This document shows, piece by piece, positions 25,013 to 32,662 of a stretch of 64,000 nt of DNA. The stretch comes from Ruminococcus flavefaciens (GTDB lineage: Bacteria > Bacillota > Clostridia > Oscillospirales > Ruminococcaceae), in contig CACWHY010000007.1 in the NCBI GenBank assembly GCA_902760805.1, forward strand, positions 9,588 through 73,587, read 5' to 3'. Under the pieces are notes generated by a model. That model saw nothing but the letters and a program-made list of their open reading frames with translations, was not told the DNA's origin and made no database searches. Both the position numbers and the translations under genes were made by a program. Positions within the stretch are counted from its first letter, which is position 1. Each line of letters begins with the position of its first letter.

Positions 25013-26277
25013 GGGGCTTTCGCAGATTTTTTGCAGTCCTAGCGGCGGCAGCGGTCGTGTTTCTTCTGGTGCTTTTGAGTCTAAGCGGAACTCAGCGGCA
25101 GGAGCGGGATATGGTCTTGCTAAACGACATCGTACAGACGGTCAGGGAGCATATCTCTCAGCCTGAGGAGCTTTCTCAGCTGGAGCTGGGCACGGAGCTG
25201 GCGGTCTTTTCCAAGACCGGACAGCTGATCTTCGCATCGGATAAGATCCCGGAAAGGCTGCGAACGGTCAGCGATGCCGGAAGAGAGGGCTATTTCTGTA
25301 TGGCGGTCACGGAGGGCGAGCGCTTCATGGGAACAGTGGCTGTGCCGGATCCGGTGCTGTCAGAGTACAGCACCAAGCAGAAGCGTCTGATGATCATGGC
25401 GGCAGCGGCGGTAGTCATCATCCTGGGACTGCTGGCAGCGGCCGGGATATTCATACGCCTGAGGATAGTGAGGCCCTTCCGGCAAATGGAGCACTTTGCG
25501 GAAAACATCGCCCGGGGCGACCTGGATCATCCGCTGCTCAAGGAGAAGGACGAGCTGTTCGGCAGCTTCACCGAGAGCTTCGACATCATGCGTGAGGAGC
25601 TGCGCAGCGCAAGAGAGCGTGAGGACAGCCTGAAGCTGCGTGAGAAGGAGCTTGCAGCCTCCCTCAGCCACGACGTCAAGACCCCAGTGACCGGGATCAA
25701 GCTGATCTGCGAGCTGCTGATGTGCAAGACCGACGACCCCTATCTTCGGGAAAAGATCTCCAGCATCGACCAGAAGGCCGATCAGATACATCTGCTGGCT
25801 GACGATATACTGACCTCGGCTTTGGAGGAGCTGGGGGAGATGCGTGTGGAGCTGAGAGATCAGTCCTCCAAGATCCTGCCGAAGCTTCTTTGCGAGCACG
25901 ACGTCCGTGGGCTGGTGAAGGCGGAAAATGTACCGGACTGCCTGATCTGCACAGACCCCGGGAGACTGTCCCAGGTGATCGCCAACATCATCAGCAATTC
26001 CTACAAATACGCCGGCACCCAGATCAGGGTCAGCTATGGATTTCAGGATAGTTTTCTGTCCATGGAGCTCTCAGATCTTGGCGGCGGAGTGCCCGAGGAG
26101 GAGCTTGACCTGCTGACGGTGAAATACTACCGAGGGAAGTCAAATTCTCAGGGCAGGGATGGCAGCGGCCTGGGACTTTACATCTCCGGGGAATTGATGA
26201 AGCGCATGAAGGGCAGCCTGAGCTGCTCAAACACCGGAGAGGGCCTTGCGGTGACCCTGCTGATACCCCTTTCATGA
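25009..26277 (+). CDS. sensor histidine kinase
   Basis: Two TM helices flank a ~110-aa outside loop, followed by a HAMP-like segment. H-box SLSHDVKTP, N-box NIISNSYKYA and G-box GSGLGLYI. The start overlaps the regulator stop (ATGA). Confidence 0.85.
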   Translation: MRGFRRFFAVLAAAAVVFLLVLLSLSGTQRQERDMVLLNDIVQTVREHISQPEELSQLELGTELAVFSKTGQLIFASDKIPERLRTVSDAGREGYFCMAVTEGERFMGTVAVPDPVLSEYSTKQKRLMIMAAAAVVIILGLLAAAGIFIRLRIVRPFRQMEHFAENIARGDLDHPLLKEKDELFGSFTESFDIMREELRSAREREDSLKLREKELAASLSHDVKTPVTGIKLICELLMCKTDDPYLREKISSIDQKADQIHLLADDILTSALEELGEMRVELRDQSSKILPKLLCEHDVRGLVKAENVPDCLICTDPGRLSQVIANIISNSYKYAGTQIRVSYGFQDSFLSMELSDLGGGVPEEELDLLTVKYYRGKSNSQGRDGSGLGLYISGELMKRMKGSLSCSNTGEGLAVTLLIPLS

Positions 26278-26315
26278 AAACGAAAAAATGCTCACCTTTA
26301 TGGTGAGCATTTGCT

Positions 26316-27335
26316 TTATTTGTTGTAGCCGTTAGGGTTGTTTTTCTGCCAATTCCAGGAATCCCGGCACATATCCTCCAGGGTCTTTTCTGTCTTCCAG
26401 CCAAGGACTGCCAGCGCCTTGTCAGCGTTTGCATAGCTCTCAGGCAGGTCGCCGGGGCGTCTTTCGCCGTAAACATGGGGAACAGGGACACCGTTGACTT
26501 TTTCGAAGGTCTCTACGATCTCGGTAACGCTGTAGGGAGTGCCTGTGCCCAGGTTGAAGATCTCCACGCCGCCGTGCTCCAGGATATAGCCGATCGCCTT
26601 AACATGGCCCTTTGCCAGATCCACCACATGGATGTAGTCACGGCGTGCAGTGCCGTCGGGAGTAGCGTAATCTCTGCCGAAAATGGTCAGCTTCTCACGT
26701 CTTCCAACAGCAACCTGAGAAACGTAAGGCATCAGGTTGTTGGGGATGCCCTGAGGGTCCTCGCCGATCCTTCCTGAGGGGTGAGCGCCAATGGGATTGA
26801 AATACCTCAGCAGCACTACAGAAAGCTGATCATCGGCCTTTGCAGCGTCCTCAAGGATCTGCTCCATCATGACCTTTGTCCAGCCATAGGGGTTGGTGCA
26901 GGTGCCACGGGGCATCTCCTCGGTGTAGGGAACGGGATTTTCCTCGCCGTAGACCGTAGCACTTGAGGAGAAAATGATCTTCTTCACACCGGCCCGCTCC
27001 ATGCTCTCAAGGAGCGAGAGGGTAGTGTCGATATTGTTGCGGTAGTACAGCACGGGCTTGGCCACGGATTCGCCCACGGCCTTTAGTCCGGCGAAATGTA
27101 TCACAGCGTCGATCTTGTTCTCAGCGAAGATCTGATCCAGCTTTGCGGAGTCCTTGATGTCGCACTCGTAGGTCTTGACGGCCTTTCCGGTGATCTCCTC
27201 CACACGCTTTACTGCCTCGGGGCAGCTGTTGGAATAGTTGTCAGCGATGACTACGTCGTAGCCGGCCTCCAGAAGCTCTACAGCTGTATGGGAGCCTATA
27301 TAGCCGGCACCGCCGGCAAGTAATACTGTACTCAT
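26316..27335 (-). CDS. galE: UDP-glucose 4-epimerase
   Basis: N-terminal Rossmann motif LLAGGAGYIGSHT with GalE-like length and motifs throughout. Confidence 0.9.
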   Translation of the reverse strand: MSTVLLAGGAGYIGSHTAVELLEAGYDVVIADNYSNSCPEAVKRVEEITGKAVKTYECDIKDSAKLDQIFAENKIDAVIHFAGLKAVGESVAKPVLYYRNNIDTTLSLLESMERAGVKKIIFSSSATVYGEENPVPYTEEMPRGTCTNPYGWTKVMMEQILEDAAKADDQLSVVLLRYFNPIGAHPSGRIGEDPQGIPNNLMPYVSQVAVGRREKLTIFGRDYATPDGTARRDYIHVVDLAKGHVKAIGYILEHGGVEIFNLGTGTPYSVTEIVETFEKVNGVPVPHVYGERRPGDLPESYANADKALAVLGWKTEKTLEDMCRDSWNWQKNNPNGYNK

Positions 27336-28537
27336 GTTTGTTTCTCCTCCGGATCATTTCCGGCAGCTCCTTCAGTCAGAGCATATCCGGTCGTATTTTC
27401 ATTATTTTTAGTGGCAGATGAATTTTTTCTTTCAAGAGCCGGCAGCAGCATCTCACGGTAGATGTAATCCAAGATAGCTGCGATCGGGATAGCCAGCAGG
27501 ATGCCCACAATGCCGTAGATCCTTCCGCCAGCGATGATGACGATAAGTATCCAAAGTCCTGAAACTCCCAGAGTTCCGCCAAAGAGCTTGGGCTTGATGA
27601 CATAGCCGTCAATGGTTTGCAGGATAATGGTGAAGATCACGAAAAACAGCGCATGGACGGGCTTGACCATGAGCAGGATAAATCCGCCGATGATCGCACC
27701 GACAAGTGGGCCGAAGGTAGGCACCAGATTGGTGACGCCGACCACCACTGAGACAAGTCCGGAATACTGCATACCCAGGATCGCCATGAAAATGGCATTG
27801 ACAGTTCCCACGATAAGGCCGTCGATCAGGTCGAAGATAACGTAGCGGTTCAGGATACCGTTGCAGTGGCTGAGGAAGGTCGAGGCGGACTTGTAGTGCT
27901 TCGGGCTCAGCAGAGCCTTCAGCAGGCGCTTCACACCGGCCTTCAGCTTGTTTTTGGCACCCAGCAGGTAGATCGAAAGTATGAATGCGATCACCCAGTT
28001 GACAACACTTTTTCCGGCATTTGTGGAGATGTTGATGATCTTGGAGGAGTTCTCCATGATGTAATCAACGATAGTGTTGATGATGTTCTCAGAGGAGAGG
28101 ACGAAATTCTGGAAGCTGGGTGACTCATGATCCTCAGGCAGGTAGCCACGGATCAGGCTTTGCAGTGATTTTGCGTAGGAGTCCAGGTTACTGATGAACA
28201 TGGACACGCTGTCGATGAGCTGAGGTATGAGTATGCTCATGATCAGCACCAGGAACAGTATGACCGTGGTCACAGCCAGGATTATGGAAAGTGTCCACTT
28301 GAGAGTCTCCTTGCGGATCCTGCGGAAGATCGATCTTTGGTAGAGCTTAGCCAGGGGATTCATCATATAGGCAAGGGCGCAGCCGCCGATGACTGTGGAA
28401 AAATAGCCCAGTATCTGAGTAAAGCCCTGCCATATATCAACGATGTTGGAAACTATAAGGTAAAAGGCAACAGTGATACACCCACCCAGCGCCGTAGCAA
28501 ACCAGCGTTTGTGTATCAGCTCCTTGATATGCTTCAT
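27332..28537 (-). CDS. AI-2E family transporter (PerM/YhhT-like)
   Basis: Polytopic membrane protein with the AI-2E pattern (..LIDGLIVGTVNAIFMAILG.., PTFGPLVGAIIGG). Its stop overlaps the galE start by 4 nt. Confidence 0.8.
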   Translation of the reverse strand: MKHIKELIHKRWFATALGGCITVAFYLIVSNIVDIWQGFTQILGYFSTVIGGCALAYMMNPLAKLYQRSIFRRIRKETLKWTLSIILAVTTVILFLVLIMSILIPQLIDSVSMFISNLDSYAKSLQSLIRGYLPEDHESPSFQNFVLSSENIINTIVDYIMENSSKIINISTNAGKSVVNWVIAFILSIYLLGAKNKLKAGVKRLLKALLSPKHYKSASTFLSHCNGILNRYVIFDLIDGLIVGTVNAIFMAILGMQYSGLVSVVVGVTNLVPTFGPLVGAIIGGFILLMVKPVHALFFVIFTIILQTIDGYVIKPKLFGGTLGVSGLWILIVIIAGGRIYGIVGILLAIPIAAILDYIYREMLLPALERKNSSATKNNENTTGYALTEGAAGNDPEEKQT

Positions 28538-28635
28538 TAGTTTGCACTTCTTTCATTTTCAGTGTCAGTTATATCGTATTTCTATTCTAGCACAGATCAG
28601 GAGAAAAAGCAAGTCAAAAAATGTGTTGGCCTGAT

Positions 28636-28668
28636 GAAAAAAGCGGCAGAGAGAAAACTCTCTGCCGC
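28636..28668 (-). terminator. intrinsic terminator after the dockerin/anti-sigma-like gene
   Basis: 11-bp stem gcggcagagag-aaaa-ctctctgccgc, followed by a T-run on the minus strand. Confidence 0.75.
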
Positions 28669-28680
28669 AGTCGTATCATA

Positions 28681-30303
28681 TCAGAGACCGGCGTCCCACA
28701 TTTGCAGAGCCAGAGCGTCCATTCCGTCAACTCCGTCGCCTGTATCGTGAACGTCAGCGTTTTTCAGTCCCTCCTCAGTAAGGGGATACTTTTCCGGAAG
28801 AGCGATATACTGGAGAACAGCCACAGCATCGCTCAGGTCGGTCCTGCCGTCGCAGTTAGCGTCGCCGCTTGCCGGAGCAGCAGCCATGTCCGGAGCTACC
28901 TCGCCGGAGGAGTACCTTTCCCTGAGGTCTACAAGGTGCTGGCCTTGCTCAGCAGAAGAGGGGATATGGCCATTGTCACGCTTGAAATACCTGAGAAGGA
29001 TATTTGCGTCGTAGATGTCTACACAGCCGCTTTCGTTGAAGTCGGCGATTTCCTTGATGTGGTCGGTGATATCCGTTGGCACGAAGGGAACGATGTGATT
29101 CTGCTCATAAATTGGAGCGTACAGGGTCTGGATAATGTCGATGTAGTCGAAATAGTCGAAAACTCCGTCGCCGTTCAGATCCTTTTCCAGCTCGCCGCTG
29201 TCCAGCTTTGCAAAGATCGGCACCTCTTCCTCGGTGGGGATGATCTCCTCCCTCAGATAAGTGGCACGAGCCTCCTCCATGTATTCGCAAAATCTGCCAA
29301 CAGCCTCTGCTCCGTCTGTTGAGTGGAACTGATAGCCCTCCACAGCCTCCAGGATCTCCTCAGTAGTGGGGAGACTGCCGTTTTTGTAAAGGTAGAAAAT
29401 GGTGTAGCTTATGTTGGCGCTGGATGACGGAACAGCCCAATGCGGATTAGCCGAGTGCTCACGGATCTTGTCCATGTAGGACTGGTCGAACACTGAGAGA
29501 GCCTCAAACATCTCCTCGGGGTGTGTCTCGCCGCCAAAATAGCCGTATTTTTCCCTGACCTGTGCCAGTGAAGCGTCATAGATCTCGTTGTAATGGAAGA
29601 TCTCGCAAAGGTCGCATATATCCAGCTCACCGTTGTCATTTGCATCGACTAAAATGTCGTTTTCCTGGATATATTCTATGAAACTCAGCTCATCTCCTGT
29701 GAAGTCACGCCACTCCTCCGCATAAGCCTTAGCAGGTAAGATCGCAGCGAAGGTCAGGACCGCTGAAAAGAATGCAGCATACTTTTTCATATATTCTTCA
29801 TCTCCTTCATTCAACTCTTGGCTGGGAGCAGTGGTCACCTCAGGCAGCTCCGGGAGAAAGCTCTCCGTGGGGAAGATCTCCTCCGGCGGCTCTGTATCAG
29901 GGCTATCCGGAAGGAGCTCCTGCTGCGGCGGCACAACTGGCAGCTCAGCCTTGTCGTTTTCCTTATTCTCGTGGAAGGCAGGCTCTGTTTTGTCTGGAGC
30001 AGTCACGTTTTGCTCAGGGCTTGCCGCCGTGGTCACTGCCGGAGCCGAAGATCCCGGCTCCCTCTCATCTGTCCCCACGGAAGGCTCCTCAGTGGCTAAA
30101 GCAGCAGTAGGCTCAGGCATTCTCCGCTCAGGCGGCCTGAGAGCGGGATCTTTCCCTGCGAAAACCGCCAGCAGGAAAGCTCCGCACACCGCAGCCGCAG
30201 CCCCGGATACTCTCCGGAACAACACACGCCTCCGGCGCTTTTCGGCCTCCGCCCGATCACGGCGCTCAAGAACGGCCGCTGCCATTTCCCTATAGTCCCG
30301 CAT
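28681..30303 (-). CDS. anti-sigma-like membrane protein fused to dockerin/EF-hand-repeat modules
   Basis: N-terminal Arg-rich segment plus TM (GAAAAVCGAFLLAVFAG), then a Pro/Glu-rich linker and an internal signal-peptide-like segment at res 172-195. Ca-binding repeats follow (DANDNGELDICD, DLNGDGVFDYFD, DFNESGCVDIYD). The C-terminus carries a canonical dockerin (DANCDGRTDLSDAVAVLQYI ... DTGDGVDGMDALALQMW). The start overlaps the sigma gene by 14 nt. Confidence 0.7.
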   Translation of the reverse strand: MRDYREMAAAVLERRDRAEAEKRRRRVLFRRVSGAAAAVCGAFLLAVFAGKDPALRPPERRMPEPTAALATEEPSVGTDEREPGSSAPAVTTAASPEQNVTAPDKTEPAFHENKENDKAELPVVPPQQELLPDSPDTEPPEEIFPTESFLPELPEVTTAPSQELNEGDEEYMKKYAAFFSAVLTFAAILPAKAYAEEWRDFTGDELSFIEYIQENDILVDANDNGELDICDLCEIFHYNEIYDASLAQVREKYGYFGGETHPEEMFEALSVFDQSYMDKIREHSANPHWAVPSSSANISYTIFYLYKNGSLPTTEEILEAVEGYQFHSTDGAEAVGRFCEYMEEARATYLREEIIPTEEEVPIFAKLDSGELEKDLNGDGVFDYFDYIDIIQTLYAPIYEQNHIVPFVPTDITDHIKEIADFNESGCVDIYDANILLRYFKRDNGHIPSSAEQGQHLVDLRERYSSGEVAPDMAAAPASGDANCDGRTDLSDAVAVLQYIALPEKYPLTEEGLKNADVHDTGDGVDGMDALALQMWDAGL

Positions 30304-30844
30304 GGAAGATCCCCTCCTTCTCCAGCTCTGTTTTCAGAGCCTTTTTCGCCTGATACAGCAGATTTGTCATCTGCCGGCTGCTTTTTCCCATGACAGCTGC
30401 CGCGTCTGAGACCTTGAATCCCTCAAGATACACCAGACAAACAGCCTGCCTGTACTCCGGCCGGAGCTTCCGCAGCGCCCTATGGACAGCGATACGCTGC
30501 TCCTCACGAAGATAATTTGCCTCGATGTCCTCGTCGCCAGCAATGTCGAGGATCTCGGCAGCTCCTGCACGAAGAGCCTTAGGCTTCCTGCGCAGTGAGT
30601 CAAGAGCTAAGTTCCGCCCTATGGAATAAAGCCATGTTTTGAAAGTGCTCTGCCCGGAAAACCGGGGCTTTTTGTAGGCCAGCCGGAAGAAGGTCTCCTC
30701 GGTCAGATCCTCGGCCTCGCCAAGGTCGCCTACTATCGAGCACAAGTACATAGTGAGCCCGTCCTTATAGCTGCAAACCAGCTCAGTCATGGCAAGATCG
30801 TCGCCGCTCAGATAGCGGCTGTAGCAGCTCTGGCCATTATCCAT
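30290..30844 (-). CDS. ECF-type RNA polymerase sigma factor
   Basis: Region 2 (EDLTEETFFRLAY, TWLYSIGRNLALD) and region 4 (YRQAVCLVYLEGFKVSDAAAVMGKSSRQMTNLLYQAKKAL). Confidence 0.85.
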   Translation of the reverse strand: MDNGQSCYSRYLSGDDLAMTELVCSYKDGLTMYLCSIVGDLGEAEDLTEETFFRLAYKKPRFSGQSTFKTWLYSIGRNLALDSLRRKPKALRAGAAEILDIAGDEDIEANYLREEQRIAVHRALRKLRPEYRQAVCLVYLEGFKVSDAAAVMGKSSRQMTNLLYQAKKALKTELEKEGIFHAGL

Positions 30845-30920
30845 TGATCGGCTCCTTTCCGGAAAATTGTGCCTTTCATCTTATTAGACGAGGGCTGAGG
30901 CAAAATGTCTTAGTGTTTTC

Positions 30921-30952
30921 AAAAAAATCCCGGAGCTGTGAGAACTCCGGGA
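30921..30952 (-). terminator. intrinsic terminator after the SIMPL gene
   Basis: Minus-strand hairpin tcccggag...ctccggga (8 bp) followed by TTTTTTT. Confidence 0.7.
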
Positions 30953-30975
30953 GCCATAGACGGCTGTTTCAGTTT

Positions 30976-31608
30976 TTACTCTATGTTCCAGACCACAGTT
31001 ATGCTCTCGCTGATGGTCTCTTCGGCTGCGGAGAGCTGGTCGGAAAGAAGGGCTTTGGCTCGGAGCATACCTCCGCCGCAGCTCATTATGCTGTCGTTTT
31101 CGCCATAGAAGCTGCCGCCGGCCTGTACCTCGTCGATGCCGCAGATCCGCTGTCCGATAGAGCCGGCGATCATCTCTGCCTTCGCCCGTGAGTCCTCCAG
31201 TGCCTCCTTCAGGAGCTCCTTGCGGATCTTCATCTTGTCGGACACAGAAAAGCTGGTATCCAGGGCGATATCCCAGCATTTTTCCGAGATAAGGCCGGTG
31301 AAAAAGTTGATTGTCCCCATGTTGAAGTCCAGGTCCAGAGTGATCCGGCGGCTGGCTGTGAAGATCGCGGTGTTTCCGCCGTTTTGGAGCTCCGGACGGA
31401 CAGCGCCTGTGGAAACGCCCTCCACCTTGATCTGACTCAGGTCGAAGCCCTTCTCCTGCAAGCTCCCCAGCAGCTCCTCGCACTGAGCCTCGGCCTTGGC
31501 GGCGGCCTTTGATGAAGTGGCCTCCGCAGTGCTGATGTCCAGCGTCAGCTTCATCCGGTCGTATGGCACGCTGCGCTTAGCGGTGCCGGTCATGGTTATC
31601 TTTCCCAT
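30976..31608 (-). CDS. SIMPL (DUF541) domain protein
   Basis: 210 aa with a SIMPL-like pattern: ITMTGTAKRSVPYDRMKLTLDIS, a central helical region and C-terminal ISESITVVWNIE. The call is by pattern recognition only. Confidence 0.6.
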   Translation of the reverse strand: MGKITMTGTAKRSVPYDRMKLTLDISTAEATSSKAAAKAEAQCEELLGSLQEKGFDLSQIKVEGVSTGAVRPELQNGGNTAIFTASRRITLDLDFNMGTINFFTGLISEKCWDIALDTSFSVSDKMKIRKELLKEALEDSRAKAEMIAGSIGQRICGIDEVQAGGSFYGENDSIMSCGGGMLRAKALLSDQLSAAEETISESITVVWNIE

Positions 31609-31740
31609 AGTCGTCCTCCTTCTGCAAGTGCAGTTTTCTCCATTATAGCATAGCTTGGGGAGGACTGCAAGAGCAGCTTGGTTGACAAGGGAGGGATAAT
31701 GTTGTAAAATATAGGTAGAATTTCCCCAAGGAGGACAAAT

Positions 31741-32493
31741 ATGAAACTCATCTCATGGAACGTCAACGGCTTTCGTGCCTGCCTGACCAAGGGCTTTGGA
31801 GACTTTTTCGCCCAGGCCGACGCCGATATTTTCTGCATACAGGAGACCAAGATGCAGCCTGACCAGGCGGATTTCTCCCCGGAGGGCTACCACAAGTATT
31901 TCCACAGCGCCGTGAAGAAGGGCTACTCCGGAACGGCTGTTTACACCAAAAAGGAGCCCATCTCTGTGACCTTCGGCATAAACGGCACCCACATGGACGA
32001 GGGCAGAGTCATCACCTGTGAGTACGATGAGTTCTATTTCGTGTGCTGCTACGTCCCCAATGCTCAGAACGAACTGAAGCGTATCGACTACCGAATGGAG
32101 TTCGAGGATGATATGCGCAGCTATCTCAGCCAGCTGGACAAGAAAAAGCCTGTGATCTACACCGGAGATCTGAACGTTGCACATGAGGAGATCGACCTGA
32201 AAAACCCCAAGACCAACATCGGCAACGCCGGCTTCTCCTATGAGGAGAGAGGCAAGTTCACCGAGCTGCTGGCAGCCGGGTTTGCGGACACATTCCGCCG
32301 TCTCTATCCGGACAAGGCGGAGGCCTATTCCTGGTGGTCCTACAGATTTAAGGCCAGGGAGAAGAACGTGGGCTGGCGCATTGACTATTTCGTGGTGTCT
32401 GAGCGGCTCATGGACAAGGTGGAGGACTCGCTGATCTGCTCGGATATCCTGGGAAGCGACCATTGTCCTGTTGAGCTTATCATCGATCTTTGA
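31741..32493 (+). CDS. xth: exodeoxyribonuclease III
   Basis: MKLISWNVNGFRA, IFCIQETK, GDLNVAHEEIDL and C-terminal SDHCPV. Confidence 0.9.
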   Translation: MKLISWNVNGFRACLTKGFGDFFAQADADIFCIQETKMQPDQADFSPEGYHKYFHSAVKKGYSGTAVYTKKEPISVTFGINGTHMDEGRVITCEYDEFYFVCCYVPNAQNELKRIDYRMEFEDDMRSYLSQLDKKKPVIYTGDLNVAHEEIDLKNPKTNIGNAGFSYEERGKFTELLAAGFADTFRRLYPDKAEAYSWWSYRFKAREKNVGWRIDYFVVSERLMDKVEDSLICSDILGSDHCPVELIIDL

Positions 32494-32503
32494 GACTGAG
32501 AAG

Positions 32504-32541
32504 AGAGGACGCACAGCCGTGCGTCCTCTTGCTGTTTTTTT
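32504..32541 (+). terminator. intrinsic terminator after xth
   Basis: 11-bp stem agaggacgcac-agcc-gtgcgtcctct followed by a T-run. Confidence 0.8.
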
Positions 32542-32571
32542 GGGGGATATGAAGAAATTCAACAAAACTTC

Positions 32572-32600
32572 TTGATTTTTTGTCGAATATATGGTATAAT
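32572..32600 (+). promoter_or_regulatory. candidate promoter of the CHAP-dockerin gene
   Basis: TTGATT-17 nt-TATAAT. Confidence 0.5.
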
Positions 32601-32662
32601 AGCATAAACCTGCTGTTTTGGGTGCAGGCTTTGAAAAGGGGAGACCCTAAGGAGGTAATTGT

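Noticed and set aside
30845-30975. An ECF-type autoregulatory promoter (GAAC ... CGTC) upstream of the second sigma gene. TGAAAAC and CGTCTAA are both present on the minus strand.
   Set aside because: By my count the spacing between the two elements is about 24 nt, far from the 16-17 nt expected, so I cannot support a promoter call.
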